Shown in pieces: positions 1-7,581 of a stretch of DNA of 64,000 nucleotides. The first letter of the stretch is position 1, and every line of letters begins with the position of its first letter. The DNA comes from a virus: positions 32,001 through 96,000 of IMG/VR virus record IMGVR_UViG_3300045051_000987. The stretch is one strand, 5' to 3'. The notes beneath the pieces were generated by a model. The model searched no databases. It worked only from the letters and a program-made list of their open reading frames with translations, and was not told the origin of the DNA. The position numbers and the translations under genes are program-made.

Positions 1-458
1 AAGCGTCTCGTCTTGTCCTTCGTCGTGCGGAGGGCCATCGGGAGCCCGCAGAGCGTGCAGCCGGGCACGCCGCGCGCCTCGTCGTACGCGAGCCTGATCA
101 TCCGTCGGAGCCGCTCGAGGAACGTCCCGATGCGATCCCCGTCGCCATGCGGCGCTGTGCGGAGCACCTTCCTCGACTCGTCGAGCGGTTGGAAGCGATC
201 GGGCGTCACTGTCCCGACGACGATCCGCACGGCGTCGTCACCGCAGTCCCGGACCTCCTTCGCGCCGAGCGCGAGGGACGTGTAGACCCGCACCACCGCC
301 TTCGAGCCACGGGGCCCGACGTCGAAGAGGATCTCGCGACCCTGACGACCCTCGACGAACGTCCCGCCGGCTTCCACCACGCGGGCCCCGATGTCTCGGA
401 GCTCGGCGAGGAGGCGATCGGCGGGGACCGCCACGAAGCGCGATCCCCAGCCCTTCAC
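1..458 (-). CDS. Hypothetical protein with C-terminal topoisomerase-type Zn ribbon (runs off window)
   Basis: Manual translation from a GTG overlapping the upstream stop: MKGWGSRFVAVPAD...VRVYTSL...CTLCGLPMALRTTKDK; not in the ORF track because it has no stop in the window. Confidence 0.6.
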   Translation of the reverse strand, partial: MKGWGSRFVAVPADRLLAELRDIGARVVEAGGTFVEGRQGREILFDVGPRGSKAVVRVYTSLALGAKEVRDCGDDAVRIVVGTVTPDRFQPLDESRKVLRTAPHGDGDRIGTFLERLRRMIRLAYDEARGVPGCTLCGLPMALRTTKDKTRR

Positions 459-625
459 TCGCCACCCATCCGGCGCTCGTACCAGCGGCGCGCGCCGCCC
501 TCGGTCTTGAAGCGCTTCGACTTCGTGAACGTCATCGCGAGCCACTCGCCGTTCTCCTGGGGGAACACGCCAGCGCTCACCGTCTCGTGGTTCCCGAGGT
601 CGATCTTCATGTTCGGCGTCGTCAT
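455..625 (-). CDS. DUF1391 family protein (YdfA/YdaF-like)
   Basis: KIDLGNHETVSAGVFPQENGEWLAMTFTKSKRFKTEGGARRW resembles prophage DUF1391 proteins; AAGGAG SD upstream. Confidence 0.75.
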   Translation of the reverse strand: MTTPNMKIDLGNHETVSAGVFPQENGEWLAMTFTKSKRFKTEGGARRWYERRMGGE

Positions 626-631
626 CTTCTG

Positions 632-700
632 CTCCTTGGGGCAAGCCCCGTTCGATTGATTTAGGTATACAGCCGACCGCCCAAAGGCGCCAGAAGAAAA
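632..700 (-). promoter_or_regulatory. Early promoter cassette A (T-tract, TGGCGC-N17-TATACCTAAATC, GGGG-CTTG-CCCC hairpin, AAGGAG)
   Basis: One of 8 conserved copies with an exact 17-bp spacer. Confidence 0.85.
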
Positions 701-723
701 ACGACGACTGTTGAAAAAAGATT

Positions 724-921
724 CTAGGGCTCGATCCACCCGATCGCGCGGAGCACCGCGACGACGAAGACGATCTTGATCCCGATGACGAGGCCGGCGA
801 TCACGAGCAGCCCGACGACCCTCGCAGCGTTCCCGGCCATCTTCCACCCATCGTCACGGTGGGCGTTCTCGGCTTCGGCCTCGCGCTCGATGCGCTGCAA
901 CTCCCTCTCGAATCGATCCAT
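724..921 (-). CDS. Small membrane protein
   Basis: Hydrophobic C-terminal segment VVGLLVIAGLVIGIKIVFVVAVL. Confidence 0.6.
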   Translation of the reverse strand: MDRFERELQRIEREAEAENAHRDDGWKMAGNAARVVGLLVIAGLVIGIKIVFVVAVLRAIGWIEP

Positions 922-942
922 CGGTCACCTCGGTGTTGAACA

Positions 943-1416
943 TCACGAACGAACGGCGATCGCGCCGGTGCGCTTCTCGATGCGATCGAAGACCTGATCA
1001 CGCTGCTCGCCCACCACGTTCGGCGAGACGAGGAACGCGCACCGCGCGCAGAGGCGGAAGCGCCGGCCGGGGAACGTGCTCGGCGTCGACAGACGCACGC
1101 GCGGGGCCTTGAGCGTGCTGCACGCGTCGCACGGGAGGATCATGGCGCGCGCGGCGCGGCACTCCTCCGCGGTGAGCACGATCACGATCGGGAGCTGACG
1201 GTAGCGGGGCGTCCCCTCGGGCGCCGAGCTCACGCCGTAGGCGATGGCGCGCGAGCTCGCGATCGAGGGGCGCGGGTGCGCCGGCACGATGTCGAGGATC
1301 TCACCGGGCTCGAGGAGCGTCAGGGCGAATGGGCGAGCCTCCTCGACGTAGAAGGCCGTGGGCGCCGTGTTCATCGCGTTGTGCCAGACGCCGTTCACGA
1401 GGGTGGGGTTGAACAT
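943..1416 (-). CDS. Hypothetical protein with two CxxC pairs
   Basis: Start reassigned to MFNPTL after AAAGGA SD. Confidence 0.55.
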   Translation of the reverse strand: MFNPTLVNGVWHNAMNTAPTAFYVEEARPFALTLLEPGEILDIVPAHPRPSIASSRAIAYGVSSAPEGTPRYRQLPIVIVLTAEECRAARAMILPCDACSTLKAPRVRLSTPSTFPGRRFRLCARCAFLVSPNVVGEQRDQVFDRIEKRTGAIAVRS

Positions 1417-1418
1417 GA

Positions 1419-1889
1419 TCAGGTGTCCTTTCGATTCCAGAGGGAGAGACGCGCCGAGCAGCACTGCGAGACGATCGATTCGACGCGCTTCTCGCGATGC
1501 ATGGAGGCCTCGCCATAGAGGCGCGTGACCGCTGCGCCGAGCGCCGTGACGATCGCGCGAGAGAGCACCTCCTCGGGAGCCTCGCGGGCGCCGTCGGAGT
1601 AGTCGGGCGAGCCGTACGCGCACCCGGCGACCCCGTTCTCGAACGATTCGTAGCCGCGCGCGCGGATGCGCACGTTCGCGAACCAGTAGGTCTCGCCTTC
1701 CTCGACGCAGGCCCACACGTCTTCGGTGAGGTGGACCCACGAGCAGCCCTCTTGGGCCATGTCCGAGACCGAGAAGGGGAGGAGCCCGCCATGCGGGGAG
1801 AGGACCGGCGGGGTGTCTCCGTCGAGGCGTGAGGATGCGAGCGCGCGCGCTGCGGTCTCGGATGCGGGGGTGTTGCTCGGATGGATCAT
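1419..1889 (-). CDS. Hypothetical protein
   Basis: Start MIHPSN after GAGGAG SD; packed in operon. Confidence 0.55.
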   Translation of the reverse strand: MIHPSNTPASETAARALASSRLDGDTPPVLSPHGGLLPFSVSDMAQEGCSWVHLTEDVWACVEEGETYWFANVRIRARGYESFENGVAGCAYGSPDYSDGAREAPEEVLSRAIVTALGAAVTRLYGEASMHREKRVESIVSQCCSARLSLWNRKDT

Positions 1890-1899
1890 GATGGTCTCC

Positions 1900-2109
1900 T
1901 CAGAAGCCTGCGCCGCCGTGCCATGCACCGGGGCCGTTGTCGGTGTCGATGAGCACGTCGTCGACGCGCACCGCACGCGTCCAGAGGTGCTCGCCACGCT
2001 TCACGCGGGGGTGGGTCTGTCCGGTCCAGAAGCGCTCGAGCTCTTCGGCCGTCGCCGCGCGGAGGTGAGCGCCGGTGGTGGGGTGCACGGCGACGTAGGT
2101 GGTGGGCAT
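1900..2109 (-). CDS. Hypothetical protein
   Basis: 69-aa ORF with GAGGAG SD. Confidence 0.6.
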   Translation of the reverse strand: MPTTYVAVHPTTGAHLRAATAEELERFWTGQTHPRVKRGEHLWTRAVRVDDVLIDTDNGPGAWHGGAGF

Positions 2110-2140
2110 CGTCTTGATCTCCTCGAAGGGTGCGCCGAGC

Positions 2141-2353
2141 TCAGCCGACCATCGTCATCACGACGTCGCGGATGCGCTGCATCTCGCTCGCGGTGAGGTC
2201 CGGCTCGTTGACCGAGAGCACGCGATCGGCCTGGTGGGCGATCTCGCGATCCGAGCACCACGACTCGATCTCGTGCTCGGGCACCTCGTGGTGGCGAGCG
2301 ATGCTCACCAGGAAGGAGGCCATCTCGCGGGTGGTGGTCGTGCGCTTCGTCAT
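2141..2353 (-). CDS. Hypothetical early protein
   Basis: Directly follows promoter cassette B. Confidence 0.7.
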   Translation of the reverse strand: MTKRTTTTREMASFLVSIARHHEVPEHEIESWCSDREIAHQADRVLSVNEPDLTASEMQRIRDVVMTMVG

Positions 2354-2359
2354 CGTCAG

Positions 2360-2430
2360 CTCCTTGGGGTGAACCCCGTTCGATTGATTTAGGTATACAG
2401 CACCCCTCCGAATCGCGCCAGAGAAAAAAG
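2360..2430 (-). promoter_or_regulatory. Early promoter cassette B (hairpin loop TTCA)
   Basis: TGGCGC-N17-TATACCTAAATCAATCG followed by GGGGTTCACCCC-AAGGAG. Confidence 0.85.
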
Positions 2431-2449
2431 CACGCGGTCGATTCTTTTT

Positions 2450-3274
2450 TCATTCCTCGATCGGACGGTACCCCGTGCGTGCGACCTGACCGAGCATCTC
2501 CCGACGCCAATCGAGCGCCGTGGGAAGGTCGTTCTGCATCCCCGTCTTCTCACGTCGCTCGTGGAAGCTCCACGCGAGAGAGTCTGCCGATCGGAAGCTC
2601 GATCCCGCGAGCGCGATCAGCCCGGTCTTCTTGAGGCCGAAGCCGTGGAGGTTCCGCAGCTCGAGATCGTCGAGGCGCATCGTCACGCGGAGGAGCAGAT
2701 CGGTCGACTGACGACGGCACACCGATCCGACGCCGACGACGGGCTCCTTCGAGAGATCGACGCCCGCGCGCGCGTAGAGCTCGGCGCAATCGAGGTAGGA
2801 CGCCGAGAGCCACCCTTGAAGCACCGGCGCGATCGGGAGGTCGGGCGCGATGCTCCGCAGCTCGAGGAAGTTGTCGACCGTGCGCCGCTGGTGCTCCTCG
2901 ACGCTCAGGCCCGTCTTCGCCGTCACGACGGGCTCGCACATCCAGTCCATGGGCGCCGCCCATTCGAGCTGTCCGACCTCGTCTCGAAGGCGCCGCACGT
3001 CGTCGCAGTACTCGCGCGGCGTGCGCGTCCACCGGCCGTGCTTGTTGAGCTCGGTGAAGCCCCCGGAGTCGAGCGCCCACGGGCCCCGAGCGCGCGGGAG
3101 ACGCGCCATCGCACCGAAGGCCTGACGCGCCACGAAGAGCCGGCACGGGGCCTCCGCGAGCCACCCCGGGCGGTGCACGCCGAGATAGAAGCGGAGGGGC
3201 ATGTCGGAACCCGCGTAGACCGGCGCGGGGGCCTTCACGCGGCCCGGGATCAGGCTGAGGTCGAGCTGACGCAT
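2450..3274 (-). CDS. TGT-fold DNA transglycosylase, DpdA-like (7-deazaguanine insertion)
   Basis: FYLG, LDSGGF, PMDWMCEP, PVLQGW, GVGSVCRR, LHGFG and SADSLAW motifs typical of phage DpdA/tgt-like proteins. Confidence 0.75.
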   Translation of the reverse strand: MRQLDLSLIPGRVKAPAPVYAGSDMPLRFYLGVHRPGWLAEAPCRLFVARQAFGAMARLPRARGPWALDSGGFTELNKHGRWTRTPREYCDDVRRLRDEVGQLEWAAPMDWMCEPVVTAKTGLSVEEHQRRTVDNFLELRSIAPDLPIAPVLQGWLSASYLDCAELYARAGVDLSKEPVVGVGSVCRRQSTDLLLRVTMRLDDLELRNLHGFGLKKTGLIALAGSSFRSADSLAWSFHERREKTGMQNDLPTALDWRREMLGQVARTGYRPIEE

Positions 3275-3278
3275 GGGA

Positions 3279-3488
3279 TCACCGCGGGAGGTTGAGACCG
3301 GCGCGGCGGAGCGCGGCGCGCGTGTTCTCGATCGCGCGGTTGCCGCCGCCGGGCGTCGAAGGGGTGAAGACCACCGCGCCCGTCGGCGACTTGAAGCGGA
3401 GGTGCCCGCCGCCGGTCTTCTCGACCGACCATCCCTGATCGATCGCCGCCTTCACGAACGGGCGGAGCTCGCGATGCACGGCGATCAC
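3279..3488 (-). CDS. HicA-like mRNA interferase-fold protein
   Basis: GWSVEKTGGGHLRFKSPTG...STP...LRRAG; GTGA overlap with upstream gene. Confidence 0.65.
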   Translation of the reverse strand: MIAVHRELRPFVKAAIDQGWSVEKTGGGHLRFKSPTGAVVFTPSTPGGGNRAIENTRAALRRAGLNLPR

Positions 3489-3844
3489 GAGAGCACCTCG
3501 AGCTGGGCTCGCGCGTCGAGCCACGAGGCGTTCAGCCAGTAGCGGCGGAAGAGCTTGATCGTCGCCTTCACCTGCGCGTCGATCATCTCGAGCGCGGTGG
3601 GGCAGAGCTCCCACTCGATCACCTCGTGCGGGAGGTCCCACACGACGGCCGTGAGGTTCCACGCGCCGTCGACGATGACGCGCTCGCCGAAGACGGCCTC
3701 ACGCACCTCGACGCCGAGCGAGCGATCGATGCGCACGATCACGCGTTGACCGTACTCGCGGATCCCGAGCTGTCCGCTCGGAACGCGCATCTCGATCGAG
3801 ATCACGTCGTCGGTGAGGAGGGTGTGGGCGGGTATGTGTCGCAT
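3485..3844 (-). CDS. Hypothetical protein
   Basis: Start MRHIPA preceded by a stand-alone GGGGCTTGCCCC-AAGGAG element (3853-3870). Confidence 0.65.
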   Translation of the reverse strand: MRHIPAHTLLTDDVISIEMRVPSGQLGIREYGQRVIVRIDRSLGVEVREAVFGERVIVDGAWNLTAVVWDLPHEVIEWELCPTALEMIDAQVKATIKLFRRYWLNASWLDARAQLEVLS

Positions 3845-3886
3845 GTCGGGATCTCCTTGGGGCAAGCCCCGTCGAGGGTGGAAGGA

Positions 3887-4168
3887 TCAGCCCTTGCGGG
3901 CGAGGAAGCTGAGGGCCGCCTTGAGCGTCGAGAAGGTCTCCACGAGGACGAACTCGCCATCGTTCATGTCCGGGCCGTCGAGCTCGCGCGTGGGGAAGCG
4001 GACGACCTCGACAGTCGTGAGGAGCGCCGAGGTGAGGTTGATCGCGTGACCGCCCTTCACGAACGACGAGAGGCGGTAGGCCGGGTTCGTCGTGAACGAG
4101 ACGCCGTTCGCCGCGCACCACGACTCCTGGGCCTGCGTGAGCTTCGTGATGTAGCCGTTCGTCGTCAT
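3887..4168 (-). CDS. Hypothetical early protein
   Basis: Follows promoter cassette C. Confidence 0.7.
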   Translation of the reverse strand: MTTNGYITKLTQAQESWCAANGVSFTTNPAYRLSSFVKGGHAINLTSALLTTVEVVRFPTRELDGPDMNDGEFVLVETFSTLKAALSFLARKG

Positions 4169-4177
4169 GGTCTCGTT

Positions 4178-4255
4178 CTCCTTGGGGCAAGCCCCGCGTC
4201 ACCGTCTCGATTGATTTAGGTATACACCCACCATCCCGAACGCGCCAGAAAAAAG
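4178..4255 (-). promoter_or_regulatory. Early promoter cassette C
   Basis: Same consensus, 17-bp spacer, hairpin plus SD. Confidence 0.85.
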
Positions 4256-4280
4256 ATTCGCCCCGATGTCGATTTCTTCC

Positions 4281-4778
4281 TCAGCCCTTCGGCGCCGGGC
4301 ATTCGCACGGCTTGCCGCGGTCGTTCAGCTCGCAGCACCCCGCGCGTTCCTCGACCACGAGCTCGTCGAGCCCGTACCCGACCGTGCGACCCGCGAGCCG
4401 GGCGAACATCCGCGCGCAGTACTTCGGGAAGCGGCCCGATGACCCGATGATCTCTTCGGCGTCGACCCACGCGCACCGGCGCGATCGAAGCGTGTCGTCG
4501 TGGGTCGCGATCGGACGCTCGCGCCGATCCTCCCATCGCGTCGCGAGGAAGGCCTCGCACGTGTGCGGGCCGGCGCTGTAGACGAGGATCGACGCGGCGC
4601 CGAGAAGCACGATCCCGGTCTCCTCGAAGAGCTCGCGCGACGCACACGCGAGGCTCGAGGCATCGGAGGCCTCACGCCGGCCACCGGGGAGCCCGAGCCC
4701 GTCGGGATGAAGCTCGACGAGCACGAGGTGCTTCGTGGGGTGGAAGAGGAGCACGCACGCTGCATTCGGCTCGGTCAT
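4281..4778 (-). CDS. Nudix hydrolase
   Basis: Nudix box LPGGRREASDASSLACASRELFEETGI. Confidence 0.85.
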   Translation of the reverse strand: MTEPNAACVLLFHPTKHLVLVELHPDGLGLPGGRREASDASSLACASRELFEETGIVLLGAASILVYSAGPHTCEAFLATRWEDRRERPIATHDDTLRSRRCAWVDAEEIIGSSGRFPKYCARMFARLAGRTVGYGLDELVVEERAGCCELNDRGKPCECPAPKG

Positions 4779-5326
4779 GACGTTCCTTCTCGCACGCGAC
4801 GCGCGCGCACCACAACGAGGGCGAACACGCGCCCGGCTTGATCGCCGGGCATGCGGATCGCGACGACGAGCTCAGGCGCGCGCTCGAGCACGACGAGCTC
4901 GGCGCCGGTGAGCGTGGCCTGGTGTCGCGCGCACGCGAGCGCGTCAGACGCGCCGTGCTCGTCGATCGTCCACTCCCATCCGGGCGTCGTCGCGAAGAGC
5001 ACCTCGCGCGCAGCGCCGTCGACGCCGAGCGACTCGACACGCTCGAGCGGGAGCGTGAGCACCATCGCCGTCGGGAGCTGCGCGCGCTCAGCGAGCGGGG
5101 CTCGCACGCGGCCTCTGATCTTCGACGTGTTCACCCGGGTGAACACGGGGCGCGGCGGACGTCCCTCGAGCGCGCGCAGGCGTCGAATGCACGTCGTCTC
5201 GTGCGGGTGGAAGGCTTGATCCGTCGCTTCCCCGATCGCGCGCGCCGCATCGGCGAAGCGCACGCCTTCAACGCGGATCTTCTTCACGAGGAGCGCGTCG
5301 AGCTCCGCCGTCCATGTCGAGGCCAT
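4775..5326 (-). CDS. Protein with GcrA-like N-terminal HTH
   Basis: Start MASTWTAELDALLVKKIRVEG...AARAIG, 7 nt after the CATGAT box; palindrome copy lies in the linker. Confidence 0.5.
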   Translation of the reverse strand: MASTWTAELDALLVKKIRVEGVRFADAARAIGEATDQAFHPHETTCIRRLRALEGRPPRPVFTRVNTSKIRGRVRAPLAERAQLPTAMVLTLPLERVESLGVDGAAREVLFATTPGWEWTIDEHGASDALACARHQATLTGAELVVLERAPELVVAIRMPGDQAGRVFALVVVRARRVREGTS

Positions 5327-5651
5327 CGGCCCGATCATGCCGCGACGCGTGCTCACGCATCCGGCGCTTCACCTCGGCCCGACCTCGCTCGACGATGCCC
5401 CGCACGACGTCGGAGATCCCGACGCGCATTGCCGGCGACACGGCCTGGGTGAGGAGCCGGGTCGAGACGCGCTCGAAGATCGCAGCCTCGCGATCGGCGT
5501 CGCACGCGTCGAGGCCCGAGCGCACCTTGATCTGAGCGATCCGCTCGAGCTTGCGCCCGCGCGCGATGAGCAGGTCGACGATCGCATCGTCGATCACGTT
5601 GATCTCGTGCCGCACGAGCTCGAGGTCGGCCGGGATGGGCGTGTCGCTCAC
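5268..5651 (-). CDS. Chorismate mutase, AroQ/type II
   Basis: LELVRHEINVIDDAIVDLLIARGRKLERIAQIK...DADREAAIFERV keeps the AroQ catalytic pattern (R, R, K, DxxRE); GTGA overlap with the cmoA-like stop. Confidence 0.8.
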   Translation of the reverse strand: MSDTPIPADLELVRHEINVIDDAIVDLLIARGRKLERIAQIKVRSGLDACDADREAAIFERVSTRLLTQAVSPAMRVGISDVVRGIVERGRAEVKRRMREHASRHDRADGLDMDGGARRAPREEDPR

Positions 5652-6379
5652 GACGACCTCACCGCGAGCCACGCGCCGAAGCTCAGGCACCGCCACACGC
5701 ACTCGACGGTCGTGAAGCCGGCGCCGCGGAGGAGATCCTCGTTCCACCGCGCCGTGCACGGCACGAGCACGCCCTCGAGCGATGCGGCCTTGCGGTCGAT
5801 CTCGTCGCGCGAGTAGCCCGCGGCCTCCTTTTCCGCGTGGTAGAGCGCGGTGAGCGCCTCGTCGGCCTCCGCGTCGCTCCCGAGCACCTTCTCGACGACG
5901 ATCAGCGCCCCGCCGGGCATCGTCGCCTTGAACACGTCGCGGAGGATGCGCTGGCGATGGTTGATCGGGAGGAACTGCATCGTGAGCACCGCGAGGGTCA
6001 CGCTCGCGCGCATGCTGAGCGACGGGTAGCCGGCGCGGAGGTCGGTCCCATGCACGAAGACGCGCCGCGTCGCGATCTCGCCTGCGAAGCGCGTGCGGCA
6101 GACCTCGAGCATCGGCTTCGACGTCTCGACGAGCTCGAAGACGTTCCGCAGCTCCGCGCGCGCGATCAGAGGAGCGATCGCGTCACCGCGCGAGGCGCCG
6201 AGGTCGACGATCGAGGAGCCCGGGCGCGCGTAGCGGTCCGCGAGGTTCGTCACGACGTCGCGCATCGCGTCGAGCTGCGGGATCGAGCGTCGGAGCATGT
6301 CCTCGAAGACACTCGCGACGCTCTCATCGAACTCCCATCGCTCGCGCGCGGGAAGGTGCCCAAGGCTCGACTCGCTCAT
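5648..6379 (-). CDS. cmoA: CmoA-like carboxy-S-adenosylmethionine synthase
   Basis: WEFDESVASVFEDMLRRSIP, DLGASRG, LTMQFLP...PGGALIVVEK, GYSRDEIDRK...LEGVL, AGF...WRCLSFG align along the full length with CmoA. Confidence 0.82.
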   Translation of the reverse strand: MSESSLGHLPARERWEFDESVASVFEDMLRRSIPQLDAMRDVVTNLADRYARPGSSIVDLGASRGDAIAPLIARAELRNVFELVETSKPMLEVCRTRFAGEIATRRVFVHGTDLRAGYPSLSMRASVTLAVLTMQFLPINHRQRILRDVFKATMPGGALIVVEKVLGSDAEADEALTALYHAEKEAAGYSRDEIDRKAASLEGVLVPCTARWNEDLLRGAGFTTVECVWRCLSFGAWLAVRSS

Positions 6380-7581
6380 GGGGCCGAGGATGCCTCGATC
6401 CAGCCCTCACGCACGAGCCCGAGCGGTGCGAAGACGCGATCGCGCAGCTCGCGCCCGATCGCGAACATCATCGGGGGCGGGACGCTGCGCGCGAGCCGCT
6501 CCCATTGCTGAGCGAACGTCCCCGTGAGCTCGAAGTCGTCGGGGAAGCCGCAGATCCGACGCAGCTCGCGGATCGTGAACTTCCGGCGCTCGAGCGGGTG
6601 CGTGACGCTCGCCGCGGGCTCGCCGCCCTTCACCGTGATGCACGGGCTCGGCTTGTTCACCGGCGCCTTGATCAGGTTGAAGTACTTCTCGGACCACACG
6701 CCGGGCCGGAGCTTGTTCCACTCCGCATCGAGGCTCGGAACCATCGCGCGGCGCGCGGCCTCGAGCTCCTCGATCGTCGGCTCGATCCCGCTCGGCTCAC
6801 CGATGATGTGCGGGATCGCTTCGGCGAGCGTGAACGCGCGCGCGAAGGGCTTGGGGTAGGGCACGTCGCTCGACGTCGCGATCCCGAGCTCGCTCGCGAG
6901 ATCACGGCGCACGCCGACGAGGATCACGCGCCCGCGCTGCTGAGGGACACCGAGCCACTGAGCATCGAGCTCGCGAGCGGCCGCGACGTAGCCAGCCGCC
7001 TCGAGCCGCTTCATCACCGTGTGGAAGTAGCCGAAGGCCTTGCCGCGCACGAAGCCCGACACGTTTTCTGCGATGAACGTCTTCGGCTTCACGCCCTCGA
7101 GCAGGCGGAGCCACTCGAAGAAGAGATCGTCGGTGCGCTGCTTCACGCCCGAGTAGGCCTTCACCTGGCCCCATCCCTTCTCGCGCGCGCCCACCATCGA
7201 GAAGCTCGAGCACGGGGGAGAGCCCTCGAAGACGTCGAGCTCTCCGGCCTTCACGCCCGCGCGCTCGAGCACCTCCTCGGGATGCACCGATCGGATGTCA
7301 CGCGGATCGAGGAAGACGCTCGCCGCGTGGTTCTTCACGTACGTCGCGCGCGCCTCCTCGATGAACTCGTTCGCGAAGACGACGTCGAAGCCGGCCATCT
7401 CGAGGCCGAGGCACGAGCCACCGCACCCTGAGAACGTCGACGCGACTCGCAGCCCCGTGGTGCCCCGTGCGCGCGCGATCGCGGCCATGTCGGGGACGCG
7501 GTAGCTCGTCGGCTCAGCTCTTCGTGACGGGGTTCCCGTGCCCGCAGCGCGAGCAGTAGACGATCGCCTTCGAGTTTGCAT
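6376..7581 (-). CDS. DNA (cytosine-5)-methyltransferase-family enzyme, predicted carboxymethyltransferase
   Basis: Motifs I FSGCGG, IV GSPPCSSFS, VI ENV, VIII QQRGR, IX RELRRICGFP; motif X reads LARSV instead of GNSV. Start 7581 (AAGGAG SD) or 7488. Confidence 0.9.
   Translation of the reverse strand: MQTRRRSSTARAAGTGTPSRRAEPTSYRVPDMAAIARARGTTGLRVASTFSGCGGSCLGLEMAGFDVVFANEFIEEARATYVKNHAASVFLDPRDIRSVHPEEVLERAGVKAGELDVFEGSPPCSSFSMVGAREKGWGQVKAYSGVKQRTDDLFFEWLRLLEGVKPKTFIAENVSGFVRGKAFGYFHTVMKRLEAAGYVAAARELDAQWLGVPQQRGRVILVGVRRDLASELGIATSSDVPYPKPFARAFTLAEAIPHIIGEPSGIEPTIEELEAARRAMVPSLDAEWNKLRPGVWSEKYFNLIKAPVNKPSPCITVKGGEPAASVTHPLERRKFTIRELRRICGFPDDFELTGTFAQQWERLARSVPPPMMFAIGRELRDRVFAPLGLVREGWIEASSAP

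Noticed and set aside
687-693. CTGGC element of the early promoters as a sigma54 -24 box
   Set aside because: No conserved TTGC/GC at -12; the fixed 17-bp spacing to TATACC fits a sigma70-type architecture
5127-5146. Palindrome as a LexA/SOS box or canonical parS
   Set aside because: GTTC-N8-GAAC spacing does not match the LexA boxes I know, and it is 2 bp longer than and differs centrally from the 16-bp parS consensus; kept only as parS-like
5648-6379. CmoA as a tRNA cmo5U-modification auxiliary gene
   Set aside because: No cmoB or tRNA genes recognised in the window, and it is translationally coupled to a DNA MTase bearing the Cx-SAM-type Arg
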